A DNA stretch of 64,000 nt from Candidatus Velthaea sp. (lineage in GTDB: Bacteria > Vulcanimicrobiota > Vulcanimicrobiia > Vulcanimicrobiales > Vulcanimicrobiaceae): contig CBDCCS010000016.1 of the NCBI GenBank assembly GCA_965214935.1, forward strand, positions 128,001-192,000, read 5' to 3'. This document shows, piece after piece, positions 9,675 to 18,784 of the stretch. Position 1 is the stretch's first letter; the number at the start of each line of letters is the position of its first letter. The notes beneath the pieces are model-generated. The model had not been told where the DNA came from. It searched no databases and saw nothing but the letters and a program-made list of their open reading frames with translations. The translations under genes were made by a program, and so were the position numbers.

Positions 9675-10879
9675 TGCGCCACGCTCCGCACGTGCGAGCG
9701 CCGCACCGGCATCTGCTTGCAAATTACGGTCGCGCGGACGTTAATTTCGTCCGCGGCGAAGGCGTCTATGCAATCGACGAAGACGGTAACCGGTATATCG
9801 ATCTCGTCGCCGGGATTGCCGTCTGCGCGCTCGGTCATGCGCATCCACGGATCACCGCGGCGATTGCCGATCAAGCCGCTCGTCTCGTGCACATTAGTAA
9901 TCTCTATCATCACGAGCCGGCCGGTGCGCTCGCCGACCGGCTGGCGGAACTGGCTGGATTCGATACCGTTTTCTTTTGTAATTCCGGTGCTGAAGCCAAC
10001 GAAGCGGCGATTAAACTCGCGCGCAAACATGCGTATCGGAACGGCGAACTCAATCGCACCACGATTTTAGCAGCGACGGGCTCCTTTCACGGCCGCACGC
10101 TGGGCGCGCTCGCCGCGACCGATAATGCCAAATATAAAGAAGGTTTCGCTCCGCTGCCGGCTGGTTTTGCCTGGACGCCGTTCAACGACATCGCTGCATT
10201 AGAACGTTCGATCGACGAGACCACGGCGTGCTTCCTCGTCGAGCCGGTGCAGGGTGAAAGCGGCGTGGTTCCGGCGACGCCGGAGTTTCTGCAAGCCGCG
10301 CGCCGGGTCTGCGACGAACGCGGCGCGCTGCTGATATTCGACGAAGTGCAGTGCGGCATGGGGCGGCTCGGAACGCTGTTTGCTTCGCAATTTTACGGTG
10401 TGATGCCGGACGCGTTCACACTGGCGAAATCGCTTGCCAACGGCTTACCCATCGGTGCTTTGCTCATGCGCGGACCGGCGGCAGCTGCGTTACGCCCGGG
10501 CGATCACGGAACGACCTTCGGCGGATCTCCGGTTCCGGCCGCCGCGGCACTCGAGCACCTGCGCTTACGCGAGGAACTGCAACTCGACGCCCACGTCGTC
10601 AACGCGGGCACGGCAATGAAGGCAGCGTTGGCCGAAATTGCGCGTGATTTTCCCGAGGTCTTTGGCGAACCGCGCGGTCACGGGCTGATGTTGGGGCTGC
10701 CGGTACGCGAACCGTACATCGCTTCGGCATTTGTTGCGCCGGCGCTTGAAAATGGATTGCTTGTTAACGCCGCCGGCCGCAACACGTTACGCTTCATTCC
10801 GCCGCTCATCATTACGCTCGACGAGATACACGAAGCCTTACGGCGCTTCGTCGACGTGATACCGCAGGTAATCGGCTAG
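9674..10879 (+). CDS. argD: Acetylornithine aminotransferase
   Basis: NSGAEANEAAIK, SFHGRT, DEVQCGMGR, AKSLANG, HGTTFGG. Confidence 0.93.
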   Translation: MRHAPHVRAPHRHLLANYGRADVNFVRGEGVYAIDEDGNRYIDLVAGIAVCALGHAHPRITAAIADQAARLVHISNLYHHEPAGALADRLAELAGFDTVFFCNSGAEANEAAIKLARKHAYRNGELNRTTILAATGSFHGRTLGALAATDNAKYKEGFAPLPAGFAWTPFNDIAALERSIDETTACFLVEPVQGESGVVPATPEFLQAARRVCDERGALLIFDEVQCGMGRLGTLFASQFYGVMPDAFTLAKSLANGLPIGALLMRGPAAAALRPGDHGTTFGGSPVPAAAALEHLRLREELQLDAHVVNAGTAMKAALAEIARDFPEVFGEPRGHGLMLGLPVREPYIASAFVAPALENGLLVNAAGRNTLRFIPPLIITLDEIHEALRRFVDVIPQVIG

Positions 10880-10903
10880 GCCGAACTAACCCTTAAACAA
10901 GAA

Positions 10904-10942
10904 AGTGGCGACCGATCGATTCGGCCGCCACTCTTATTTATT
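10904..10942. terminator. Bidirectional intrinsic terminator between argD and catalase
   Basis: Stem AGTGGCGACCGA / TCGGCCGCCACT with a 5-nt loop and T-rich runs on both strands, between convergent genes. Confidence 0.75.
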
Positions 10943-10959
10943 AGCGGGTCACCCGGATC

Positions 10960-12627
10960 TTAGCGTCCGGCGAGAACGGGTTCACTGCCGGTCACGCCGA
11001 GGTTCGCGGCCATCCGCTTACCGAACGTCGGGTCGACTTTCTCGAACATTGCAACCGCACGTGCGCGAATCGGCGGCGGCACCGTCTGCATGTGGGTCGT
11101 AATTGTTTTGATCATGCGCTCTTGACCGTCGGTACCGATCATCTGCCACATGAGCGTCGCTTGCGCGTAATCATCGTTGCGCCGTGACGTTTGTTCGTAG
11201 CGGCCGGTCGCGTCACGTAAGGCAAACATCGGCTCGGCATATTGCATGTCGCCGACGGGACCGCCATGGCTATTCGGGGAGTAGTTGACGGCATCGCCGC
11301 CGTTATCGCCCGCGGGCATAACGCCGTCGCGTTCGTACGGGTTTTTGACCGTCGTGCCTTTCGCAGAATTGACCGGAAGTTGCTCGTAATTTCCGCTGAG
11401 GCGATAGCGCTGTGCGTCGCTATATGCAAAGAGGCGCCCTTGCAGCACCTTATCGGGCGAAGCATAAATGCCCGGCACGAAGTTCGAAGGTGCAAAAGCG
11501 AGCGCTTCGATTTCTGCCGTATAGTTCACCGGGTTACGATTGAGCACCATCCGGCCGACGGGGATGAGCGGATAATCTTTGTGCAACAGCACCTTGGTGA
11601 CGTCGAACGGGTCGTATTCATAGGTAAACGCCTCGTCGTCCGGCATGATTTGAACGGACAGTTTCCATGCCGTCGTGTTACCCGCATCGATCCGGTTGAA
11701 CAAACTCTGCGTGAACGAATCTAATTTCTCTTCGTCGGCGCGAATTTGGCCGGCTTCCGCATCGGTTAACGTCTTGATTCCTTGTTCGGTATGAAAGTGA
11801 AACTTCACCCAGAACCGTTCGTTCTCAGCGTTGTACCACATAAACGTATGGGAGCCGTAACCATTCATATATTCATAACCGGCGGGGATGCCGCGGTCGC
11901 CCATCAACCACATGACCTGATGGATTGACTCCGGCGACAGCGTCCAGAAGTCCCACTGCATTGCATGATCGCGTAAGTTCGTCTGCGGATCGCGTTTTTG
12001 CGAATGAATGAAGTCGATAAACTTCATCTGGTCGCGAACGAAAAACAGCGGCGTGTTGTTGCCGACTAAATCCCAGTTGCCTTCTTCGGTGTAAAACTTC
12101 ATTGCGAACCCGCGCACGTCGCGATACGCATCCGCGCCGCCGCGTTCGATCGCTACGTGTGAGAACCGCACGGCCACTTCGGTCTTCTTGCCGACGCCGT
12201 TGAAGATCTTCGCTTTGGTATATTTCGACATGTCGTTTTCAAGCTCGAAGTAGCCGAATGCGCCGGCGCCTTTGGCATGCACGACGCGTTCGGGTACACG
12301 CTCGCGATTGAAGTGCGCATTTTTCTCGAGCAGCCACTTGTCTTCGAGCAACAGCGGACCGGTCGGCCCGGCCGACAGCGAATGTTCGTTGGACGCAATC
12401 GGTGCGCCGTTTCGAAAGGTCAGCTGCTCGGGCGTCCCGTCGGCGGGCCAGGCATGTTTACCGAAGCCGTTGGGCGAGCCGGCGGTAATGGGCCCGTCAC
12501 TGCCCGGCGGTTGCGGCGAGCCGCCGCTTTTATTCGGAAACCCGCCTGCGTCGATGGGCGCGGTAATGCCTCCCGGAGCGAGCGTCTTACCCGGCGAGCC
12601 GTGGTCTTTGGAATGGCCGTTTTTCAT
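10960..12627 (-). CDS. katA: Monofunctional heme catalase with Gly/Pro-rich N-terminal extension
   Basis: FNRERVPERVVHAKG, DLVGNN, RLFAYSDAQRYRL (proximal Tyr). Start MKNGH follows an AAGAAGG SD-like sequence. Confidence 0.95.
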   Translation of the reverse strand: MKNGHSKDHGSPGKTLAPGGITAPIDAGGFPNKSGGSPQPPGSDGPITAGSPNGFGKHAWPADGTPEQLTFRNGAPIASNEHSLSAGPTGPLLLEDKWLLEKNAHFNRERVPERVVHAKGAGAFGYFELENDMSKYTKAKIFNGVGKKTEVAVRFSHVAIERGGADAYRDVRGFAMKFYTEEGNWDLVGNNTPLFFVRDQMKFIDFIHSQKRDPQTNLRDHAMQWDFWTLSPESIHQVMWLMGDRGIPAGYEYMNGYGSHTFMWYNAENERFWVKFHFHTEQGIKTLTDAEAGQIRADEEKLDSFTQSLFNRIDAGNTTAWKLSVQIMPDDEAFTYEYDPFDVTKVLLHKDYPLIPVGRMVLNRNPVNYTAEIEALAFAPSNFVPGIYASPDKVLQGRLFAYSDAQRYRLSGNYEQLPVNSAKGTTVKNPYERDGVMPAGDNGGDAVNYSPNSHGGPVGDMQYAEPMFALRDATGRYEQTSRRNDDYAQATLMWQMIGTDGQERMIKTITTHMQTVPPPIRARAVAMFEKVDPTFGKRMAANLGVTGSEPVLAGR

Positions 12628-12709
12628 TGGAGAGCCTTCTTTCACGCTCTAGTTTGCCCGAATAGACCGAACCGAACCGAGAGCCGCGAGCCTTTCCGCC
12701 GGTCGACGG

Positions 12710-13756
12710 TCAGCGCCAGCCGTCCGTCGTCGTGCCGCCGAAAATGCTGCTCTTAATAGCCGCAGCGTAGGCGCGCGGCACATAGGAGTGGTCGGACTCG
12801 AGCACGCTGCTCTCATCGAGCATCTGTCGATGTCGCTCGCTCAATGTGAGGCCGGCGGATGCCAGATTATCTTCGAGCTGCGTAACTTCGCGTGCACCGA
12901 TAATGAGCGCCGTGATGCCGGGCTGGGCGGCGGCCCAAGTCAGTGCGACTTGCGCGGGCGGCCGATCGATCTCAGCGGCCACCGTCAGCAAAGCCTCGAG
13001 CGCACGCCATGACCGGTCGGTGAAGCTACGAAACGGCTGCTGCGCGTCAAAGCGGCCTGTCCCTGCGATCCCGGCGCCTTCGCGCTGATACTTCCCGGAC
13101 AGAAACCCGGCGCCCAGCGGTCCCCACGAACAGATGCCCAGCCCACATTCACGAGCGGCCGGCACGTGTTCCCGCTCGATACTGCGCTCGATGAGTGAGT
13201 ACTCGGGTTGGATAACGATCGGGCCGGGAATTGCGTGCGCCGCTGCAAGCGTCGCGGCTTTCGTGCAGTACCATGCGGGTGCGTCCGAAAAGCCGAAATA
13301 GCGAATCTTGCCCGCGCGCACCAGATCGCCAAGTGACTGCAACACTTCTTCGACCGGCGTAATGAAATCCCAGAAATGCGTGTAGTACAGATCGATGTAG
13401 TCGGTACGTAAGCGCGCGAGTGATGCTTCGAGCGCATGATGTAAATGCTTACGTCCGTTGCCGCCGGCATTCGGATTACCATCGGATGTATTAAACGTAA
13501 ACTTCGTCGCCAGGACGATCCGGTCGCGTAATCGGTGTTCTTTCATATAGGTGCCGATAATCTGTTCGCTGCGTCCGTCGCCATACACGTCGGCCGTATC
13601 GATGAAATTCCCGCCGGCGTTGGTATACGTATCCATCAATGCTCGTGAAACGTCTTCTGACGCACCCCACTTCGCCGTCCCGAACGTCATGGTACCGAGC
13701 GCGAACGGACTCACGATCAAACCCGATCGGCCCAGACTACGGTAGGCGTTATTCAT
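12710..13756 (-). CDS. Aldo/keto reductase
   Basis: LGTMTFG, FIDTADVYG, LATKF, DYIDLYYTH, GKIRYFG. Confidence 0.93.
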   Translation of the reverse strand: MNNAYRSLGRSGLIVSPFALGTMTFGTAKWGASEDVSRALMDTYTNAGGNFIDTADVYGDGRSEQIIGTYMKEHRLRDRIVLATKFTFNTSDGNPNAGGNGRKHLHHALEASLARLRTDYIDLYYTHFWDFITPVEEVLQSLGDLVRAGKIRYFGFSDAPAWYCTKAATLAAAHAIPGPIVIQPEYSLIERSIEREHVPAARECGLGICSWGPLGAGFLSGKYQREGAGIAGTGRFDAQQPFRSFTDRSWRALEALLTVAAEIDRPPAQVALTWAAAQPGITALIIGAREVTQLEDNLASAGLTLSERHRQMLDESSVLESDHSYVPRAYAAAIKSSIFGGTTTDGWR

Positions 13757-13863
13757 CGCGCTCGTCCGAGCTTATCGCGCACAGCACTTCGTTTCGCATA
13801 CATGGATGCGACGCTTTCGACCACGTTCGGCTTACTCATGGAGCGAGCTCACGCAAAGCAACG

Positions 13864-14523
13864 TTAAAGCCGTCCGATGCGGCCGATGCCGTTTACGTGA
13901 CTTTCAATGTGCTTGGGTTCACCGGTGTACCGAATCTCGCCGACGCCGTTGACGTTTAACGTCACATCGCCGCTCGCGCGAATCAACACGCTCCCGACGC
14001 CGTTGTTATCGACGCTTACATCGCGAGCATCAACTCCGGTTGCGTCGATCTTACCGGCGCCGTCGAGCGTGATGTTCTCGCGCGCGGCGCGCCCCGCCAC
14101 CGTTACCGACGACGCGCCCGAATTTGTTAGATCGAAATCGCGCCCGGTGAGGCCGGTGATATGCACCGATGCTGCGCCTTCATTGGCGAAACTGCGCAGT
14201 TCCGGTACCGCGATCGCGAGCTTCGGCGAACGGCTCGACGAGTAGTCGCCGGACTTCATGCCCACAACGAGCGTGCGCTCGTGAACCTCGGTCGTAACAC
14301 GGCCGACGAGATCGTCTTGGCCGCGAACGATGACTTGCGCCGTCGGCATTCCGGCGGTAACAACGGCGTTAAACGCGCCGGTCAGCCGAATCCGGTCGAA
14401 TGCGGGCACCTGGCGCGTTTGAGATATTTCGCCCGCCGCGCGAATGGAATTCGATGGTACGAGCGCTGCGATCAACAACGCGAGAGCGCCGCATAACAAA
14501 GACCACGGGCGACTGTCGTTCAT
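13864..14523 (-). CDS. Secreted DUF2807 / head-GIN beta-helix domain protein
   Basis: Signal peptide, FDRIRLTG, repeated G-A/V-G-x-I motifs, GEIRYTGEP. Confidence 0.75.
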   Translation of the reverse strand: MNDSRPWSLLCGALALLIAALVPSNSIRAAGEISQTRQVPAFDRIRLTGAFNAVVTAGMPTAQVIVRGQDDLVGRVTTEVHERTLVVGMKSGDYSSSRSPKLAIAVPELRSFANEGAASVHITGLTGRDFDLTNSGASSVTVAGRAARENITLDGAGKIDATGVDARDVSVDNNGVGSVLIRASGDVTLNVNGVGEIRYTGEPKHIESHVNGIGRIGRL

Positions 14524-14584
14524 AACCGAGCTACGTATCGGCTAGCCGGTTTGTTTCGCAGTATGAGACTTCAAGGCGCGCCGA

Positions 14585-15946
14585 CTATGCGCCGCGCAGC
14601 CGTTCGGCAAGATATGCGCCCAAACGGTCGACGGAAACGCGGTCTTGCTTCATCGAATCTCGGTCGCGTATGGTGACTGCCGCGTCATCGAGCGTCTGGA
14701 AATCGACCATGATGCAGAACGGCGTGCCGATCTCATCTTGCCGACGGTACAATTGCCCGACATTGCCTTCGTCATATTGCGTGCGGAACGTACGCCGCAA
14801 TTCGCGTTCGATCGTCCGTGCGCGCGCAACGAGATCGGGCTTGTTGCGCGCAAGCGGAAAGACGGCAACCTGGACGGGTGCGATAAGCGGATGAAAGCGT
14901 AACACGACGCGCTTGGATTCTTTCCCGTCTTCGGCGCTGATCGTCTCATTTTCGTATGCGTCGACAAGCATCGTGAGGGTCGTGCGGTCCATGCCGGCCG
15001 ACGATTCGATGAGGATCGGCGTATACTTCGATTTCGTGGCTTCATCGAAAAAGGTTAAATCTTTGCCCGAAAGCTTCATGTGCGCGTCGAGGTCGTACGT
15101 CCCGCGATGCGCGATCGATTCGAGTTCGCCCCAGCCCCACGGAAAGAGATATTCGACGTCGGTGCCGGCCTTCGCATAATGCGGCCGTTCCTGCGGTGTC
15201 AGTTCGTAGAAGCGTAAACGGTCGGCGCGTACACCGTAGTCGCTGTACCACTTCTTGCGCGCGGCGACCCATTGGCCGTAACACGTCATGTCATTGCCGT
15301 CGTCGGGAACGAAATATTCGAGTTCGGCTTGCTCGAACTCGCGTACGCGAAAGGTGAAATTGCCGGGCGTTATCTCGTTGCGGAACGACTTGCCGATCTG
15401 CGCGATGCCGAACGGCGGCCGCTTACGCGCACTCTGGTAGATATTTTTAAAATTGACGAAGATGCCCTGAGCGGTTTCCGGTCGCAGATATGCCTGCGAG
15501 GCCGAATCTTCCATCGGGCCGATCGCCGTCTGCATCATCAGACTGAAGTTCCGCGGTTCGGTAAGCGTATTCTTTTGGCCGCAGTCCGGACATTTATCGA
15601 GCGATGCCAGATGGTCGGCGCGAAAGCGATGCTTGCAATTGCGGCAATCGACAAGCTTATCGTGAAACTGCGCGACGTGCCCCGACGCGACCCACGTATT
15701 GGGATGCATGATGATCGAAGAATCGAAGCCGACGATATCATCGCGCAATTCGACCATTTCACGCCACCAAGCATCCTTGACGTTCCGTTTGAGGATCGCG
15801 CCGAGCGGACCGTAATCGAAGAAGCCGCCGATTCCACCGTAGATCTCACTCGATTGAAAAATGAAGCCGCGGCGTTTCGCGAGCGCAGTGATTTCGTCCA
15901 TTGTCACGCTTGGGTTCATCGAAGTATCCGCCTGCGCCATGGACAT
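14585..15946 (-). CDS. glyS: Glycine--tRNA ligase (alpha2 type)
   Basis: KRRGF, YLRPETAQGIF, GKSFRNEITPGNF, YRRQDEIGTP. Exact start uncertain (several Met codons). Confidence 0.95.
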   Translation of the reverse strand: MSMAQADTSMNPSVTMDEITALAKRRGFIFQSSEIYGGIGGFFDYGPLGAILKRNVKDAWWREMVELRDDIVGFDSSIIMHPNTWVASGHVAQFHDKLVDCRNCKHRFRADHLASLDKCPDCGQKNTLTEPRNFSLMMQTAIGPMEDSASQAYLRPETAQGIFVNFKNIYQSARKRPPFGIAQIGKSFRNEITPGNFTFRVREFEQAELEYFVPDDGNDMTCYGQWVAARKKWYSDYGVRADRLRFYELTPQERPHYAKAGTDVEYLFPWGWGELESIAHRGTYDLDAHMKLSGKDLTFFDEATKSKYTPILIESSAGMDRTTLTMLVDAYENETISAEDGKESKRVVLRFHPLIAPVQVAVFPLARNKPDLVARARTIERELRRTFRTQYDEGNVGQLYRRQDEIGTPFCIMVDFQTLDDAAVTIRDRDSMKQDRVSVDRLGAYLAERLRGA

Positions 15947-16029
15947 CGCTTTGCGCGCAACAGACGTTATCCCGCCTGCCGCGGCGGCGTAGAGCATAGC
16001 CGCTCGGACATGACGAATGCGCGCGTTCT

Positions 16030-17049
16030 ATGAAACCCAACCTGCTCGGCCGCATCTTCGAGCATGAGATCCGGGCGCAGCCGGATGTGTGGGACGGCGT
16101 GGCGCGCGGTAACGCCGCCGCTCGCTTGGCGGACGCGCTGGGCGAAGACAACATTCTGGTCGGCAGCGGGAGTTCGCTTTTCGTCGCTCAACTGGGCGCG
16201 CTTGCGCTACGCCGTCGCGGCATCCGGGCGCAAGCGTTGGCCGCAACCGAGGCACGCCTCGATCACCGGGCCTACGAAGCAAAAACGGTCGTGGCGATTT
16301 CGCAAAGCGGCCGATCGACGGACCTGCTCGAGGCGGTCGAAACGCTGCGTCCGCAGCAACTGATCGCGCTGACCAACACGGCCGATTCGCCCCTCGCAGC
16401 GCGCGCCGATGTGACGATCGATATCTTGGCCGGAGCCGAGGTCGCGGTGCCGGCAACGAAGAGCGTTACGGCAAGTGTCGCGATCTTATTATGGAGCGCG
16501 TCGCTGCTCGGCGGAAACACGACGCGCCGCGCAACGGTGCTGCATGCGACCGCGGCCGGCATTCGCAGCTGGTTCGACACGCCGGCGCATGCAGCGGTGA
16601 TCGAAGCAGCACAGCGGATTGCACGCCGCCAAAGCGTTATCGTGCTGGGGTCCGACTACGGCTTACCGATTGCATGCGAAGCGGCGCTCAAACTCAAAGA
16701 AGCGACGTATTTACATGCCGAAGGATTTGCCGGTGGCGAGTTTCGTCACGGCAGCGTCGCGATGGTCGATGCGACCTGCGCGGTCGTTGGGATCGTCGAC
16801 CGCGATGCGTTGCCGGTCGTCGCGCGCCCGCTGCGTGAAATTGCGCCGTCGGAGGCTTTGCGTTTCGTCATCGGTACGTCACCGATCGACGATGTGCCGC
16901 TGCTCGGACCCGTCGTCGACGAGCCGTACAACACCCTTGCGTGGCTGGTTACCGCGCAGCTTATCGCGTTGTACGCCGCCCGCGCACGATACATCGACAG
17001 CGATGCGCCGCGCGGTTTACGCAAAGCGCTCATCGGAGGAGCAACGTGA
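16030..17049 (+). CDS. Double-SIS sugar-phosphate isomerase/deaminase (GlmS C-terminal-like, no glutaminase domain)
   Basis: GSGSS, ISQSGRS, AGAEVAVPATKS, ALKLKE, EFRHG, DAPRGLRK. Confidence 0.85.
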   Translation: MKPNLLGRIFEHEIRAQPDVWDGVARGNAAARLADALGEDNILVGSGSSLFVAQLGALALRRRGIRAQALAATEARLDHRAYEAKTVVAISQSGRSTDLLEAVETLRPQQLIALTNTADSPLAARADVTIDILAGAEVAVPATKSVTASVAILLWSASLLGGNTTRRATVLHATAAGIRSWFDTPAHAAVIEAAQRIARRQSVIVLGSDYGLPIACEAALKLKEATYLHAEGFAGGEFRHGSVAMVDATCAVVGIVDRDALPVVARPLREIAPSEALRFVIGTSPIDDVPLLGPVVDEPYNTLAWLVTAQLIALYAARARYIDSDAPRGLRKALIGGAT

Positions 17050-18431
17050 TCGACGAGCGTCTGACGCGCGGTATCGATTTGCGCGGCGCCGTCGCGATCA
17101 ACGTCATTTCGATGATCGGCATCGGTCCGCTCATTACGATACCGCTCGTGCTCGGCGCGCTGCACGGACCGCTATCGCTCGCCGGCTGGATCGCAGGTGC
17201 GGTGCTGGCACTCTGCGACGGGCTCGTTTGGGCCGAACTGGGATCGCTTTTCGCCGGATCGGGCGGCACGTACGGTTTCTTGCGCGGTGCCTTCGGGAAG
17301 GCAGGTTTCGGCAGTCTCCTCGCGTTTCTTTTTGTCTGGCAAACCATCTTCGTCGCGCCGCTCATTCAAGCTACCGGCTATATCGGTTTCGCCAACTATG
17401 CCGGCTATTTCGTGCCGGCGCTGGCCGCATCGCCCTGGGCGATCAAAGCGGTCGCAATCGTGCTGGGCATCAGTACGCTCGCAGCGCTCTATCGCTCGAT
17501 CGGCGCCGTTGCGCGCACGAGCATCGTGCTGGCAGTCGGTTCGGTGCTCACGCTGCTGTTCGTGATCGTCGCATCGTACGCACACTTCTCGACCGCGCAG
17601 GCGCTTGCGATGCCCGCGGGCGATTCGTTTTGGAGCGGTTTACGCGCGGGACTCGGACAAGCGCTCATCATTGCAATGTACGACTATCTCGGCTACGGTC
17701 AATCCAGCAGTGTCGGTGGCGAGGTCCGCGATCCGGCCCGAACGTTGCCGCGCTCGATTCTCATCTCGATCGTGCTCGTGGCAGGGTTGTACGTCGCGAT
17801 GCAATTCGGCATCCTCGGCGCCATCAAGTGGGCGGCGCTCGTGCCGCTGGCAGACGGTTCGTTACCGCCGCTCGGACAGCACCTTGCATCGGCGATCGTC
17901 GAGAATGCCTTCGGCGTCGGCGCCGCGGGCGCCGTAACCGTGCTCGTGCTGTTCACCGCGTTCGCTTCGGTCTACGGCAACCTGCTCGGATTTTCGCGCA
18001 TTCCGTTTGCGGCTGCCGATGACGGCGTTTTCTTGCCCGCATTCAAGCACGTTCACCCGACCGGCCGTTTTCCCGATGTCTCGCTGGTCGCGATCGGACT
18101 GCTGGCCTTGCCGGCCTGCTTATTTCCGCTCGATCAAATCATCAATGCGCTGACGACGGGAATCGTTCTCATTCAATCGCTCGCGCAAATCGCTGCGTTG
18201 TTTGCGATTCGCCGCCGGCGTATACGAGCACCGTATCGGATGTGGCTGTTTCCGGTTCCGGCACTCGTTGCACTCGTGGGCTGGCTGTATGTTTTCGAGC
18301 AATCCGGCAATGCGGCGATCGCCTACGGCCTGGCAACGCTCGCTGCGGGCGTAGCCGTCTTTCTGCTTTGGGCACGCCGCGCACAAGCTTGGCCGTTTCG
18401 CGCGCCGATGGCAACGTTCGGCGATCGGTAA
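17046..18431 (+). CDS. APC family amino acid permease
   Basis: MIGIGP, WAELGS..GSGGTY, EVRDPARTLPRSI, about 12 TM segments. GTGA overlap with the SIS gene. Confidence 0.9.
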   Translation: MIDERLTRGIDLRGAVAINVISMIGIGPLITIPLVLGALHGPLSLAGWIAGAVLALCDGLVWAELGSLFAGSGGTYGFLRGAFGKAGFGSLLAFLFVWQTIFVAPLIQATGYIGFANYAGYFVPALAASPWAIKAVAIVLGISTLAALYRSIGAVARTSIVLAVGSVLTLLFVIVASYAHFSTAQALAMPAGDSFWSGLRAGLGQALIIAMYDYLGYGQSSSVGGEVRDPARTLPRSILISIVLVAGLYVAMQFGILGAIKWAALVPLADGSLPPLGQHLASAIVENAFGVGAAGAVTVLVLFTAFASVYGNLLGFSRIPFAAADDGVFLPAFKHVHPTGRFPDVSLVAIGLLALPACLFPLDQIINALTTGIVLIQSLAQIAALFAIRRRRIRAPYRMWLFPVPALVALVGWLYVFEQSGNAAIAYGLATLAAGVAVFLLWARRAQAWPFRAPMATFGDR

Positions 18432-18460
18432 TGCTTACGGGCGCTCAATCTTTGTCTCAT

Positions 18461-18670
18461 TCACTCGGCCTGCTTCGCGGCATCGTTCGCGCGATAGCGC
18501 GACGGCAACTTGCTAAAGGCGAGACACGCATTCATAAATCGTAGCATCGCGACGAGCACGGCGCCAAGCAAACCGATAAGCGCTAAACCGATTCCGGCTT
18601 GCATCACATCGCGGCTTTTACCAATGCCGTTTGGTGATTCCGGGCAACCCGAGACTGCCGTCTCCTCCAT
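18461..18670 (-). CDS. Small hypothetical single-TM protein
   Basis: One hydrophobic stretch (AGIGLALIGLLGAVLVAML). Fills an intergenic gap. Confidence 0.4.
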   Translation of the reverse strand: MEETAVSGCPESPNGIGKSRDVMQAGIGLALIGLLGAVLVAMLRFMNACLAFSKLPSRYRANDAAKQAE

Positions 18671-18784
18671 GCCTTACGAACCGGTAAACCGGCTGCCGTT
18701 GTTGCATTGCCGTCGCGCGGCGGCCGCAACCCGTCGTGCCGCGTACGCTGAGAATTCGCTTGCCTTGCGGGTAGAACCTAGACT

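Noticed and set aside
15946..16030. T-box riboswitch upstream of glyS
   Set aside because: Only about 80 bp to the divergent SIS gene, and no T-box consensus.
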